Below are positions 12,388 to 24,497 of a stretch of 64,000 nt of DNA, piece after piece. Made by a program: the position numbers and the translations under genes. Origin of the DNA: Guillardia theta CCMP2712 (Eukaryota; Protista; Cryptophyta); assembly GCF_000315625.1 (NCBI RefSeq), contig NW_005434626.1, positions 62,001 to 126,000 on the forward strand. The letters are read 5' to 3'. The stretch's first letter is position 1. Each line of letters starts with the position of its first letter. A model generated the notes under the pieces. The model was given only the letters and a program-made list of their open reading frames with translations, was not told the origin of the DNA and searched no databases.

Positions 12388-13830
12388 ATGTTGACGCAGC
12401 TTCAAATTTCGAGGTGCGGCATGCAGCGCACGGCAAGAGTGTTTCGAGCATGCGTCCAGGCAGTCAAGCCTTGTGACGGAGCATCTATCCCAAGGTTGAG
12501 CTCTTTGAGACAGCCAGCTGCTCAGAGCCGAACCTTGCGGACGTTGGTATGGTCGCAAAGCGCACGAGGTGGTTCAGCAGCGGCAAGTCCCGACATGAAC
12601 AAGTTGATTTGGAGCGGGAGGGCGTTGGGGTGTCTGGCGATTGGTGGTATAGCCATTGCGTTGCCAAATACTTCATACTCAGAGGGAAAGCCGCAGTTAA
12701 CTCACCTTGAGCAAGTAGTCCAATCGCAGGTATCTGACAAGTCTAAGGCAAACAAAATCATTCATCTGGGATTGCATCACCTTGAAATAGAGAAGCTCGA
12801 TGCGATGTTCCAGCATAAAGATGGAGAGTTAAAGCTAGCAAAGGATACTTTGAGCAAAGAAGACTTTCATTCTGGCCTGAAACTTCTTGGAGTGCAGAAG
12901 GAGGATGAAATTGATTCTTTGTTTGATATCCTGCAGAAGCAAGGACAGATCGATCGCAACATTTTCCTTGCTAGTGTGGTAGCTGCAAGCGCACACAGTG
13001 AAGAGGTGAAACTTCGCTCACTCTTTCAGTTGGCCAGCAAGGGTAGCAATGCGGCGAGCAGGCTGTCCCTCGAGCAAGTCCTCACAAGTTTGTTTGAAGC
13101 TGCTCTCCTGCTCACAGACGGTCATGCGTTCGACCACGCGAAGCTCGACAGCCTGGGCCTCAACAAGGAGCAGGCGGTGAGTAGTTTAGTGCAGCAGGCA
13201 ATCAACGAGATGGCGGGTCCCAAGGCAAAGAACATCTCTGACTTGGAGTTTAACGCCTGGAGCTCGCGACATTCGTCCTGCGAATCTGCATACAGTCATC
13301 TCCTACACGCCGCCCAAGGGAGCAGGGAAGCGCATGAGCTCGATCCCACGCGCTACGGAGGGTACGCGTTCCTGTTGGCAAGGTTCGCCAAGTTCGCTCA
13401 AGCCAAGGTGAGGTTCCTCGCCTTCACCTCCGACGTAGGGGAAGCGATGCGGCCTGTGGTGCCGGTCTGGATGGTCAACGCGACTTACGCCATCGCCATT
13501 GGCTACTGCGTGACTGACGTGGCGATCGTGGGGTATCAGGAGCACAAGAGGAACGGGAATGTGGTGCGAGCGGTCACGTTCCAAACCATCTTCCAGGGTT
13601 TGGCGTCTATCGCCCTCCCCTTCGCTATCATTCACACCAGCGTGCATGCCTGCCACAAGGCCTTGAAGCAACGTGCCCCCAAGTACGCTCAGATCGGCCC
13701 GACGATTCTGGGGCTGGCCATCATTCCCTTTCTTCCTATGGTGTGTGACGAGCCCGTGGAGCACCTGCTGGAGTACGCCTTCGACAAGGCCTGGCCGGTG
13801 GAGGGCGACCATCACCACAAGGATGATTGA
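12388..13830 (+). CDS. MTFP1: Mitochondrial fission process protein 1 (MTP18/MTFP1) family with an N-terminal EF-hand-like region
   Basis: C-terminal RFLAFTSDVGEAMRPVVP…TYAIAIGYCVTDV…FQGLASIALP…PTILGLAIIPFLP..DEPVEH matches the MTP18 pattern; R/S-rich mitochondrial-type presequence. Confidence 0.8.
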   Translation: MLTQLQISRCGMQRTARVFRACVQAVKPCDGASIPRLSSLRQPAAQSRTLRTLVWSQSARGGSAAASPDMNKLIWSGRALGCLAIGGIAIALPNTSYSEGKPQLTHLEQVVQSQVSDKSKANKIIHLGLHHLEIEKLDAMFQHKDGELKLAKDTLSKEDFHSGLKLLGVQKEDEIDSLFDILQKQGQIDRNIFLASVVAASAHSEEVKLRSLFQLASKGSNAASRLSLEQVLTSLFEAALLLTDGHAFDHAKLDSLGLNKEQAVSSLVQQAINEMAGPKAKNISDLEFNAWSSRHSSCESAYSHLLHAAQGSREAHELDPTRYGGYAFLLARFAKFAQAKVRFLAFTSDVGEAMRPVVPVWMVNATYAIAIGYCVTDVAIVGYQEHKRNGNVVRAVTFQTIFQGLASIALPFAIIHTSVHACHKALKQRAPKYAQIGPTILGLAIIPFLPMVCDEPVEHLLEYAFDKAWPVEGDHHHKDD

Positions 13831-13999
13831 GAGTCTAGGGAGGCGTGCAATCTTGCTCTCAGGTGCACAGAGCACAATCAGAGCGCGCAAACGTTACCCA
13901 CGTAGTTTTTCCTCGCACTACTCTCCAGTTTTGAAGTCAGCTATTCAAAAATGCGCAAAATCGTCTCTAAAATCAATGTCCATGAGCTTTTAAGCATCT

Positions 14000-15496
14000 C
14001 CCTCGTTCGTACAGAACACGCTGCAGATGTCTGTTGAACCACAACAAGTCCAGTGGTGTCTGTCAACATGTCAGCATGTCCAAGAAGCTCACAGCAATAG
14101 AGGCTCACTCTCCACCGAAGGCGTACTTCTCTTGATGCAGGCATCCGTTGCTTCCGTCGCATGAGCCCAACGTCCAATACCTGAAAGCGAATCAGACGAG
14201 GCGAAGCAGCAAGAAGGCTCCTACCCAACAAGCTGCTCTCCCCATTTTCCTGTGTATTGAACCTAGCGAAGGCAGGTGAGGCCCTGGCATCAAGAGAAGA
14301 CTGGAGACCTCGTCGTGTCGTCGTTTACCAGCATTGTCTGCTGTCGGTGAGATGGCTTCTACTAGCGCCTTGTGCGTCATCCTTCCACTTCCGACTGCTG
14401 GGTGTCTTCCAACCTAGAGGGGAGAGATAAGTCGTCGATGTAGTCAACATTCACAACAACCCCTGTCATAGCCAACCAGGATCTTGCTCGATCAACGAAG
14501 GTGTCCTTGAGGGTATTCAGACAACCCTTGTGCTTGCCAACAGACAACTGACCTTCTCTGGAGGTGCCAACTCGAAAGGTAGACATATGGTTGGGGGCGA
14601 ATCGCCCTGCAGCCATCAAGTCACAGCTGGAATGATCATGCACGGAGCGCACCAGTCCGTTGCCATCGTCAGCTTGTTCGATGAGCTCGAAGAGTTTGAC
14701 CTGCGAATTGACATCGTAAGATACCTCCAGCTGCCAAGATGCGTCCGCTCTCACCATCGGATCGTTGGTCTCCTCGACGTGAAAGTATCCACTTTCCTTC
14801 AAGATCCCTCCTACAGCTGTCGCAACCTGCAGCTCCGTTATCACAAGTGGAGGCCGCGGACAGCCGCACCTGCTCTGGCGTGAGCGGGTCATCAGGGTAC
14901 TGAGTTGTCCATTGCTTTGAGAACATGTTGCTGTCCATCCGACCGCCAGCTTGTTGGAGAATCATGGCAGCGCGCTGCGTGAGTGAGTGAGGTGAAATCA
15001 GACCAGAAGGAGAGCAGATCACCTGCAGGAAAGCCATGACTTCACACTCCATGCAGTGCTGCTCATCGGGGTTCGACGAGTGTCGCCCGTGAGGGCATCC
15101 GCCTTCTGTGTTGGAAGGGCGCGAAGACGTTTGATTCTGCCCTCCTTCAGCCCCATGCGCTTCAAGCCCGGCATCGGACTTTGGCACAGGGTCTGAAGAC
15201 CCTCCTCGAAGCTTGAGGGCCATGCTCGCTTGTCGACAGTGCCCGCATAGAGAGCTCGCAGGGTGGAGAGAGAGGCAGGAGAGGAGTCTGGTGGACGATT
15301 GTTTGGTGGTAGCTTGGCAGCCAGAGGCAAAGTGAGAGACATCAGAAGCGGAGTGAAGCTGGGAGAAGAAGGTGGGAGACGAGGAGGAGGGGAATGAAGA
15401 GGGAAAGGAGGAGGAGGAGGAGGAGGGGAAGGAGAAGGAGGACGAGGAGGATGAGGCAGCCACCAGCATAACCGCCAGGGCTCGGAGGGCAGCCAT
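14000..15496 (-). CDS. Hypothetical signal-peptide protein with LRGG motif and a possible LOTUS/OST-HTH-like domain
   Basis: MAALRALAVMLVAA signal, S-rich leader, ALKLRGG; exon RAAMILQQAGGRMDSNMFSKQWTTQYPDDPL…GGILKESGYFHVE. 3' end uncertain. Confidence 0.5.
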
Positions 15497-15857
15497 GCCG
15501 CTCTCGTGATACTACTGCTGCCTCAGGGCTTGTTGTAGTGATTATCCCTATGATTGAAAGAGAGTATGCAGCTGTCTTTTGAATTCTCATAAATATTATG
15601 CTGAGGCAAGGTATATTCTCTTTTATTAGTTTTTAAAAGAATCAGGCAGTCACAAAAAGATTATATATCTCTGAGCAAACTATTGTCAAAATCATGTCTT
15701 TCCCTACAAATTTAAATCAATATATATAAGTTTTGTATATTGCTATTAGCTGTTTGTATGAGCATATATAGCCTTTCAATATATATATTTGTTCAATAAA
15801 AATAGAGTTATATTTTAAGGCGAGGGGTCCGTTGGCGCGAATTTGAAATCATCGGAC

Positions 15858-18800
15858 ATGGCGGAAGACGCGATGGGCATGGATGGAGGAGGAGGAGGAG
15901 GAGGAGGAGAAGCGGCGGCTGCAGGGTGTAAGGATGACTCTCCTCTTACTGCAAGACTTGAGAGCAAGGCATGGAAGACCCGTATGGAGGCCTACATCGA
16001 GCTTGCTGAGGTAATATGTGTTTCTTGATCGTGCCCTTGTTTGTTCGATTGGTGCATGTTTTGCATCCCCCCCCCCCTCGGTTTAATTAATAACTTGGAC
16101 AACAATTTCGACTTGATGTCGTTTACCAGCTGGACACTTGACGTGTTTGACTCGGTTGATCTCACAGATGCTCTCGAATGTGGAAGAGGGCGACGCATGC
16201 CTCGAGGAGTTTGGCCCCTTCATCTCGAAAGCAGTGTCAGACAGCAACGTGAATGCGCAAGATAAGGGGATTGATGCAGGAATCAGCTTCGTCAAGAAAG
16301 CTTCAGGTCAACTCTTATCAAAGGTTGCAGCAAGTATCATTTCCAAAGCGGTAGAGAAGGCCTTCGTTCAGGCCAAGTGCAAAGCGAAGGCGCAGGAGCT
16401 TTCCCTGGCATTGATCGAGGCGGATTGCGGAGAGATCGTGACAGACGAGCTGATCAAGGGCTGTGGCAACAAACAGCCTAAGATCTCTGGAGCAGCTGCC
16501 GAATGCTTGCGATCGGCCGTTCAAAGCTTCGGGTTGCGAGCGCTTGGTCCTCAATCTAAGGCTGTTGTGAAGTTGTCAGTCACATTGTTCGATAGCACCG
16601 TGGCGGCAGTGAGAGCAGAAGCGCTTCCTCTCGCCGTCGAGCTGCACAAGTACATGGGAGCTGCTCTCCGCCCCAGCTATGACAACCTTCGTCCCGCCCA
16701 GCAGAAGGAGATGGACGAGGCGTTTGCCTCTGCTGGACCCCCGCAACCGACGAGGGAGACTCGATCTTCGGCATCGAGAAGTGCTCTTGCAAGCAGTCAA
16801 TCCGCTTCTTCCTCCGCCAAAGACAGCGCCGCTTCCGCCCCCGCCCCCGCCCCCGCCGCTGATGTCGATCCCATGGACTTCTTTGATCCGGTAGAAATCT
16901 TGAGCAAACTACCCAACGGGTGGTGCGACAAGGTCCTTGCAGCCCCCAAGTGGCAGGAGAAGAAGGAGATGATCGATAACCTGATCGAACTGGCCAGTGC
17001 TCCGAAACTCGCGTCCGGGGACTACCTGGAGATCGTCAAGACCCTCAAGAGACTCGCAAACGACTCGATGGTCGTCGTCGTCTCCACGGCCATCACCGCT
17101 GTCGGGCTGTTGGCTCGGGGCCTGCGCAAGGAGTTCTCTCAGGGAGGGCGGATGATCTTCTCGACTCTTCTTGATCGTCTCAAGGAGAAGGACAACCGCG
17201 TGAAGGAGTCCGTGCACTCCACCTTGGACTCCTTGACAGGCAAGTGCGTGGCGCTGGCAGACGTGATGGAGGACCTCTGTACAGCGCTGGGACCCAAAGG
17301 GAACCCAAAGTCCAAGGTTGAGATCTTGAAATACTTGAAGAGAGTAACGGATGCGAAAAGTTGCACTGTAAGCTTCCGAATACTCGGCATGTTCGACCAC
17401 TAACTTGTTCTTGCATCGCAGATACAACCAAAGAACCTCAAGCCATTAGTCGATTTGTTGATCAAAGGTGTTGACGATAGCGCTCCTGATATCAGGGAGG
17501 CCTCTTGCGCGGTCGTTGCCTCCTTCGTGACAGTGTGCGGTATGCCAAGTATGAAGGGTTTCCTTGACGCTCTAGATGACAAGAAGAAGAAGAAGATCGA
17601 GTCCATGCTCGAGGGCCCCGGCCAAACTGAAGCTCCTCAACCTCCTGCGCCTGCGGCTGCGGCTGTGAGGAAATCGAGCACGAGCATCAAGAGCGAACCT
17701 TCAGCCCCCAAGGAAACGGCAGCAGTGAAACCAGCAGCCAAGAAAGTCGCCAAGCCAGCGGCTGCTGCGAAACCCGCGAGTGCGAAAGAGACAAGCAGCA
17801 ATGCCAAGGACTCAAGTGAGACTGACGTGACTGCCGGGACCCCAGTAGAGCAGCTGGATGCTCTCGTTGAAGAGATTGTCTTGCAGGTAACATGCCTTCA
17901 CTCCTGTCCTGAGTGAACCTGAACCGCTTCCTGCAGGAGATCCGCACAAAACTTACCAGCGCGAACTGGAAGGAGAGATTAGAAGGAGCCGAAGCCTTGG
18001 AATCGGAGGTGAAAGAGCAGGGCAAAGAATATCAAGTAGCTTCCGGTGAAGCAGTCATTCGTCTTCTCAGCAAGACGTTCGTTGAGAAGAAGGAAACAAA
18101 CTTTCAGGTTGCTCTTCCTGACAATAAGCGCTCTATGCTCATTCTGGCTCCTCGTAGGTCATGGCCAAGGCTTTTGCGATTGTCCAGTGCATCGCTGAGT
18201 TGTGCCCGAAGATGTCGAAGCGTTCAGCCTTCTGGTTTATCCCGATGCTGCTCGAGAAACTCGGAGACGTGAAGCTCAAGGGCCCGGCAAACGACTGCTT
18301 GTTTGCAATGGCTGAAGCCGTCTCCCCGCAGTTCGTCTTGAATCAAGCTTACGAAGTCTTGCCGAAGCAGAAGAACCCGAAAGTTATGGAGAACTCGATC
18401 ATGCTGGTGAACTCGATGGTGTCCGACTTTGGCCTGAAGGTCGTCAAGCCCAAACCTCTTCTTGACTTTGTGAAGACGATGTTGGATCAAACAAACCCGG
18501 CGACCAAGAAGGCTGCCGTTGAGCTTGTCGTTACCATGCGGAAGCATCTTGGACCTGATCTCCGCAATATGTTGAACGACTTGAAACCTGCGCTGTTGTC
18601 GACCATCGACGAAGCTTTCTCCAAGGTGAACAATTTGCGACTCCCCGCATCCTCCTCGCACTCACTTCTGCTCCAGATACAAGACACCGAGGCTGTGCTG
18701 GCTCCTAAGCGTCAAGTCAAGTGCGAAGAAGAGTCAGCAGCTGCTGCGGCTGGGGGAGAGGGCGAGATTGTGAACCTGACGAGCCAGATAGGAGCGCATC

Positions 18801-21800
18801 TGAAGGCGCTCGGTGACGCAAACTGGAAGGAACGACAAGCAGCGATCACCGCCATCGACGAGATCGTCACTCAAGCCAAGCCCCTGGGGTGCACAGGGCC
18901 TTACATGGAGGGACAGTGCGGGGAGATGTGGGCTGCGATGAAGGCGAGGCTGAAGGACAGCAACAAGAATCTGTCGATCCAGGTGTTGGCCCTCCTCGCG
19001 AAGATCGCAGATGCTGTTGGAGCCCCGGTTGACAAGTACAGCAAGCACATCTTCCCCAACATGCTCTCGCTGATTTCAGACAACAAGAAGACTGTCCGTG
19101 ACGCGGTCCTCAACTGCCTCGAGACCTGGTCTAAGTACGTGTCCACCGAGACCATCATCAAGTACTTGCCTGTCGCGCTCTCTGTCGATGCCCCTGCTGG
19201 ACGCGAGGACGCGGTCAAATGGGCCGCAGAGTACTTGTCGCGTAAGTTGATCTCCTTCTTGTTGCCGACCCTGAGAGCAGTCGCGTGCAGGCACCACCAA
19301 GTCCAACGACCTGGACCTCTCCCCCATCCTGCAGCCTGTGATGGATTGCCTGATGCACAGGGTGGCGGAGGTCAGGAACGGGGCCGAGAGATGTCTGGTC
19401 GCCATCTACGTGTGCGGGGGCAGGGAGCTGATCAATCGAGCCCTGCGAGACATGAAGCCGGCGCAGCTCAAGGGCATCAAACCTCTCTGCGAGAAGGCAG
19501 AGAAGGCGGCCATGTCCCAGGCCCCCGGGAAGGATGCGGACAATCAGGTCGAGCACAAGGTGGAAGAAACGCTGTCGAAGGCAGCGAGCGAGGAGATCAG
19601 CCAAGTGGCGACCAAGAAGGCTGTCAAGGCGGCAGAGAGCTCCAACGAGGCAGTAGAAGCCGCTGCACCGAGTGAAGACCTGGCAGAGAAACCCTTGCTA
19701 AGATGCAACAACGGGAAGGAAGCGAGGTACAAGAAGTACGGCAAGGCGAAGTGGATCCTGGATGACGCCAAGGAGATAGACAACTTGATCAGCATGGTTG
19801 GAGAGCAGATGTTGTCAGTGGCGAACGAGGACTTGCACAGCAAGTTGTTCAGCAAAGACTTCAAGAAGCAGGTGGACGGGATGAAGGAGTTGACGAGCTT
19901 CATTCAAGAGCAGCACCAGCCGTTGATCGACAATCTGGACCTCATCCTCAAGGTCTGCTCTCTCCGCATGGTCGCCAAGGCCTCCAACACCTCCGTCCTC
20001 CTCGGCGTGCTCGACCTCTTGAAGCATTGCTTCGAGCAGTTGGTCGTTCACAATCACTGCCTGGACGACACGGAGGCTCAGGTGATCCTGCCGGTGCTGA
20101 TGGAGGAGGTTGGAAGCAACAGCGATGTGATTCGCAAGTCTGTGCGAGAGCTGCTGAAGAAGGCGACGCAAGTGTATCCCGCCAGCAAGATCTTCTCCTT
20201 CGCTCTCGACTCGGCGCAGAACACAAGGAACCAGCGGTCGCGGGGTGAGATCCTGTCGGAGATGTCGGCCCTTATCGAGAGGCTGGGGCTCGAGCAGGTC
20301 TGCACTCCCTCCAAGGCGCTCACAGCCATCGCGTCCTTCATCTCCGAGCGCGACCCGCTCGTCAGGAACGCAGCGTGCGATTGCATCGCCGCGGCGTACT
20401 CGAGCATGGGAGACAAGGTGTGGAAGTACCTCAACAGGCTGGAGGGCAAGGAGAAGGACATGCTGGAGGCGAGGCTCAAGAAGGCGAAGCCGCCGCAGAC
20501 AAGCGACTTGCCGAGACCCTCGACCTCCTCGGAGATGCGCCGGTCGATGCCCGAGGTGTCAACAGAGAAGATGGCGGTTACAAGGAGCAGCGTGCCCTCT
20601 CTCGAGCCCTCCAGCTTTGTGCCGACGCCAGTCAAGTGCAAGGAGTCGATCAGTGAGCTCCTGGAGGCCCCGACCCCGACCATCAGCAACATCCGGAGTC
20701 GCTTCCAGGCGTCGGAGGTCAAAGCTGAAGACAAGAGCGACAGCCGTGGCGAGGACGTGCGGGCGATCCTCGCTGAGTTGTCGTCTCCAGCTCCCCTTGA
20801 GCAGATCGAGGGGCTGAAGAAGCTCACGGCGGCCATGGAGAACGATGGCAGCCGGGGGGCGAACCTGAGCAGCAAGGCGGACGAGGTAGTGCAGGCGCTG
20901 CGAGGGCTGATGGCTGCAGGGCTTGAGAGCGATCTCAAGGATGAGAGCGTCTTCCGCGTCGTCAAGTACTCGCTCAACGCTGCCCACATCCTTTTCACCG
21001 ACAAGTCTGACGCTACCCGGCACGTGAAGGACTCGACGCTGGGGGCGCTCATCGAAGAGCTTTTGATCCGCCTGCACGACCAGAAGTTTCAGACGGACGA
21101 GGCGTACGAGGTGCTGATGAAGGGGATGAACGAGCTGATGATGAACATCCTGCACAACGGGAACGCGAACCATGTCTTCACGGTCCTGATCCGATTCCTC
21201 TACGAAGGAGCTCCCCTCTCCGGGGGACGAGATGTAACAGCCGAGTTCACCGACGGCGTTCTGCGTTGCTTGCTGGAGATGGCAAGGAAGATGCAGGTTG
21301 TGCTTGTCGTCTCGCCCGCTTGCTCTCTGACTTGTCGTGTCTGCAGTCGTTCGCTCCTCGCCTCGATATCGACATGCTGCTCTACGACGCTCACATGTTC
21401 CTGGTGGCCCATCCTCCCTCCAAGTACCGGGGGCGAGAGTTCCGCCCCCTCCGCCTCCTCAAGACCATTCTCAACGAGCTGGTGAAGCTCAAGGGCGAAG
21501 GCATCCGCCAGCACCTCACCCTCGTCCCCGTCGAGTCGAAGCCAACGCTCTGCTCGTACCTTGAGCTCGTCCTGCAGCAGCACGCGAGCAAGGCAGGCGG
21601 AGCGAAGCCGTCGGGAGGAGAGGACATCTCCGCGATCTTCGACAAAATCGGGAGCAGAGATAAGGACGTGGCGAAGGAGGTGAGACGAGGAGGAGGAGGA
21701 GGAGGAGGAGAGCTGAATGCATTCAGGGCTTCAAACTGCTCTACCTCTACAAGCTCAACCACCCTGACTTCAGCCTCGACCAATACCTCTCCGGCAGGTC

Positions 21801-22192
21801 TCCGCAGTTCCAGGTAAGAAGATGCTGCTGCTGGGCTGCTGGGGTCTGACGTTTGGCAGGAGCACGTGCACAAGAACCTCGCCAAGGTGCAGGCGCAGCA
21901 TGAGGCCGCGAGCAGCGCGAGCAGCATGCCGCTCCAGAGCGCCATGTCCATCGCCAACAAGGGGATGACGCCCCTCGACCTCAAGCCAAGCGGCGCTGGT
22001 GCTCTGCTGGACAAGCTTCAAGGGATCCGAAGTCAGCTGGGGATCGGAGGGGCGGGGCAGGAGGCAGAGGCGGCAGGAGAGAAGGAGGAAGAGGAGGAGA
22101 AGGAGAGCAGACAGGCAGACGAGAACAGAAGCAGCTTGACCAGCTCGTCTGTCGTCAGCCTCCAGGAACGTCTCGCCAAGTTGCGATCGTAG
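15858..22192 (+). CDS. MOR1: XMAP215/CKAP5/MOR1 TOG-domain microtubule polymerase
   Basis: TOG starts LESKAWKTRMEAY, APKWQEKKE, SANWKERLEG, DANWKERQAA; LFSKDFKKQVDG in TOG5; C-terminal PLRLLKTILNELVKLKGE; short GT-AG introns link the ORFs. Confidence 0.93.
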
Positions 22193-22459
22193 TGTTTTTA
22201 GTAACGGACATGAACTGACTTGTAACGCTGTAACTGATCCCGTAACATGAAGTCTATGACTGGTAGAGAAGACTGCAACACTCGTTGAATAGTTCTTCCC
22301 GCTCCTGAGCCTCTTCCTCGCTACACCTGAAGCCCAGTCATCCCCTCCTCTCCTCCCGTCATCCCCTCCTCTCCTCCCGTCATCCCACCATCCCCTTCTC
22401 CCAATAGCACCTGCTGCTCTCCAGCACAGATTTAGGTATCGGTTCCAAGCCCAGCAGCT

Positions 22460-24497
22460 GCTTCCCCAGCTCACTGAGCTGGCTCGGCTGCCAAGCTGGT
22501 CACGCCATGACCGACAGGCAGCGCCGTGTCACCTTCATGCGACGCTCGGGGTCGTTCTCGATCCTCAGGTTTGGGAATCCAGGAGGAGCGTCGCCGCGAA
22601 GAAACGCTGCTCGCTGCTTGGCAAGGTACCGCGCGTTCTGTGGGCATCTGCGACGGGGTGAGGAGGAGACGAGGGCGTGAGCAGCAACGCACAGGGGAGA
22701 GGCGGGGATGTAGAGCACGTTGCTGGGCTGAGAGCCGGCGTGATCCGCTTCGACGCCATGGATGAGGTCGGGATGCCACCAGACCTGCAGCGCATCAACC
22801 TCGCCAGCTCTCGCGCCTCCTCTCACCGTGTCCCCGGCGTCGACGGGCCCGACAGGAACCTTGGCCTTGAGGAGCGGAGCATGCCACCTGCTGGTGATCT
22901 CGATGGTGTCGCCCCCCCCCGTGTCGCTGACCCCGCAGAACTGATGGACAGGCACGTCCTCCTGGAAGGGCCGCAGCAGCACATACGCCATGGCCTCCGT
23001 CACCATCGGGATCACCTCCAGGGTCCCGTCAGTCGGGCCTTGAGGCGAGAGCGCCAGCCAGCCCTGGAAGGAGCGGAAGAAGGACCCGGACGTCTCCGTC
23101 CGCCTCCCAACGTCCCAGGCGTCGTAGTCCTCCAGCCTCCCCTCCATGATCTCCTGGTACACCTCCTGCCAGGCTGGGTCCGCCCAGCGGCACATGGCGC
23201 CGTTGTCGATGTGCTCCTTCATGCCTGTCTGCTTGTCGTAGCCGGGCAGGCGGTGGCGCCAGCGGTCGATGTAAGTGGTCTCGACGTCGGGGAGGAACAA
23301 GAGCTTCTTGCTCTTCTTCTCCCTGTAGCCCCACAAGTGATTCAGCCAGACCCTCACCTTGTGCATCTTCTCGTCTTGCCGGGCTTCGAACTGACCGCGC
23401 GTGTAGTACATCTCCTGCACCCCCCCGAAGGTGAAGGCCTTGGGGTTCTCGTCGTTGTAGATGGTCTCGTAGCTCTCAGGCTTCTTGGGGTCAACCTTGA
23501 GGTAGTGACTCAGGTCTGCCATCATCCCCTCGTTCATCTCCAGCGCCTTGGCCTTGGCTACAACCCCTCGGATCTTGATCACCCCTGCCACCTTCACCTG
23601 CTCCACCACCTGCGCTGGCACCTCCCCCTTCAAGATCTCGTCCACGTGGATGGACGGGATCCAGGAGGCCCCCGCCGCCTCCATCTGCTCGATCCTCTTC
23701 TCGATTCGCTTCTCCAGCCTCTCCCACATGTCTGCAAGCTGCGAGGGCTCAGCGCTGCATCGAGGCTGGGGGAGGCTGTTACCTTGCGAGGAGCGATGGT
23801 CTTCTTGAGCTGAGCCTGGTAGATCTGTTGCTGCGTCATCCTCTTCCCCATCCCCGCGTACGAGTTCAGGAAGGCGTTTGGCCGCAAGTCCATCTCCTGC
23901 CAACCTTTCAGCTCCTCACCGCATCGGCTGCCGCTCACCCCGACACTTTCGCGCCTCCGCTTCTGCTCGAGCGGGAGAGATCCTATGAGCTGAGGACAAG
24001 TTACCCAAGAAGCGAGAAGAGGCAGAACTCACGCTGCTCTGGTCGAAACCTCTCCTCTTCCCCTTGTGCTTCTCTCCATCGCTCTTCTCGGGCGAGCTCA
24101 TCTCGTCGCCTTCGTGCTTGGCTGACCGCGAAGTCCGAAGATTCTCGTCTTTGCTTGGCGAGAAGAATCTTTGCATCAAGCAGTCGCGGCATGCAGGAGG
24201 GAGGAACTGGCTGAAGCCCTGCAGCAAGTACTCCCTCCCGATGAGCATCTCAATCACAACTGTGACCACCATCTCCGCATTTACACTGTCACCGAGGTGA
24301 GGTCAACGCTAGAGACTAAACACTTTCTCCACTTACTTCTTGGAGCGAAACTGAGTCAAAATCTCCAGGAACGTATCATACTCTGTCGGCATTTCGCTCT
24401 TGACCTTTCGAGGACGTCAAGAAGAACAAGAAAGTCTTGTTCCCACCTGTTTCAAGAATGCCAATGCGGTTTGAATGTTCGGTTTCGAGTCGGACAT
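22460..24497 (-). CDS. PAH-domain plus DUF1479 (Gig2/YbiU-like putative Fe(II)/2OG-type oxidoreductase) protein
   Basis: DUF1479 motifs EHIDNGAMCRW, FRSFQGWLALSPQGPTDGTL, WWHPDLIHGVE…SNVLYIPASP. Upstream spliced exons give MSDSKPNIQTALAFLKQ/VKSEMPTEYDTFLEILTQFRSK/…LLQGFSQFLP (PAH). Confidence 0.8.

Noticed and set aside
22677-23813. Long antisense ORFs over GC-rich genes (also 20078-21052)
   Set aside because: Shadow ORFs produced by codon bias of the real genes on the opposite strand.
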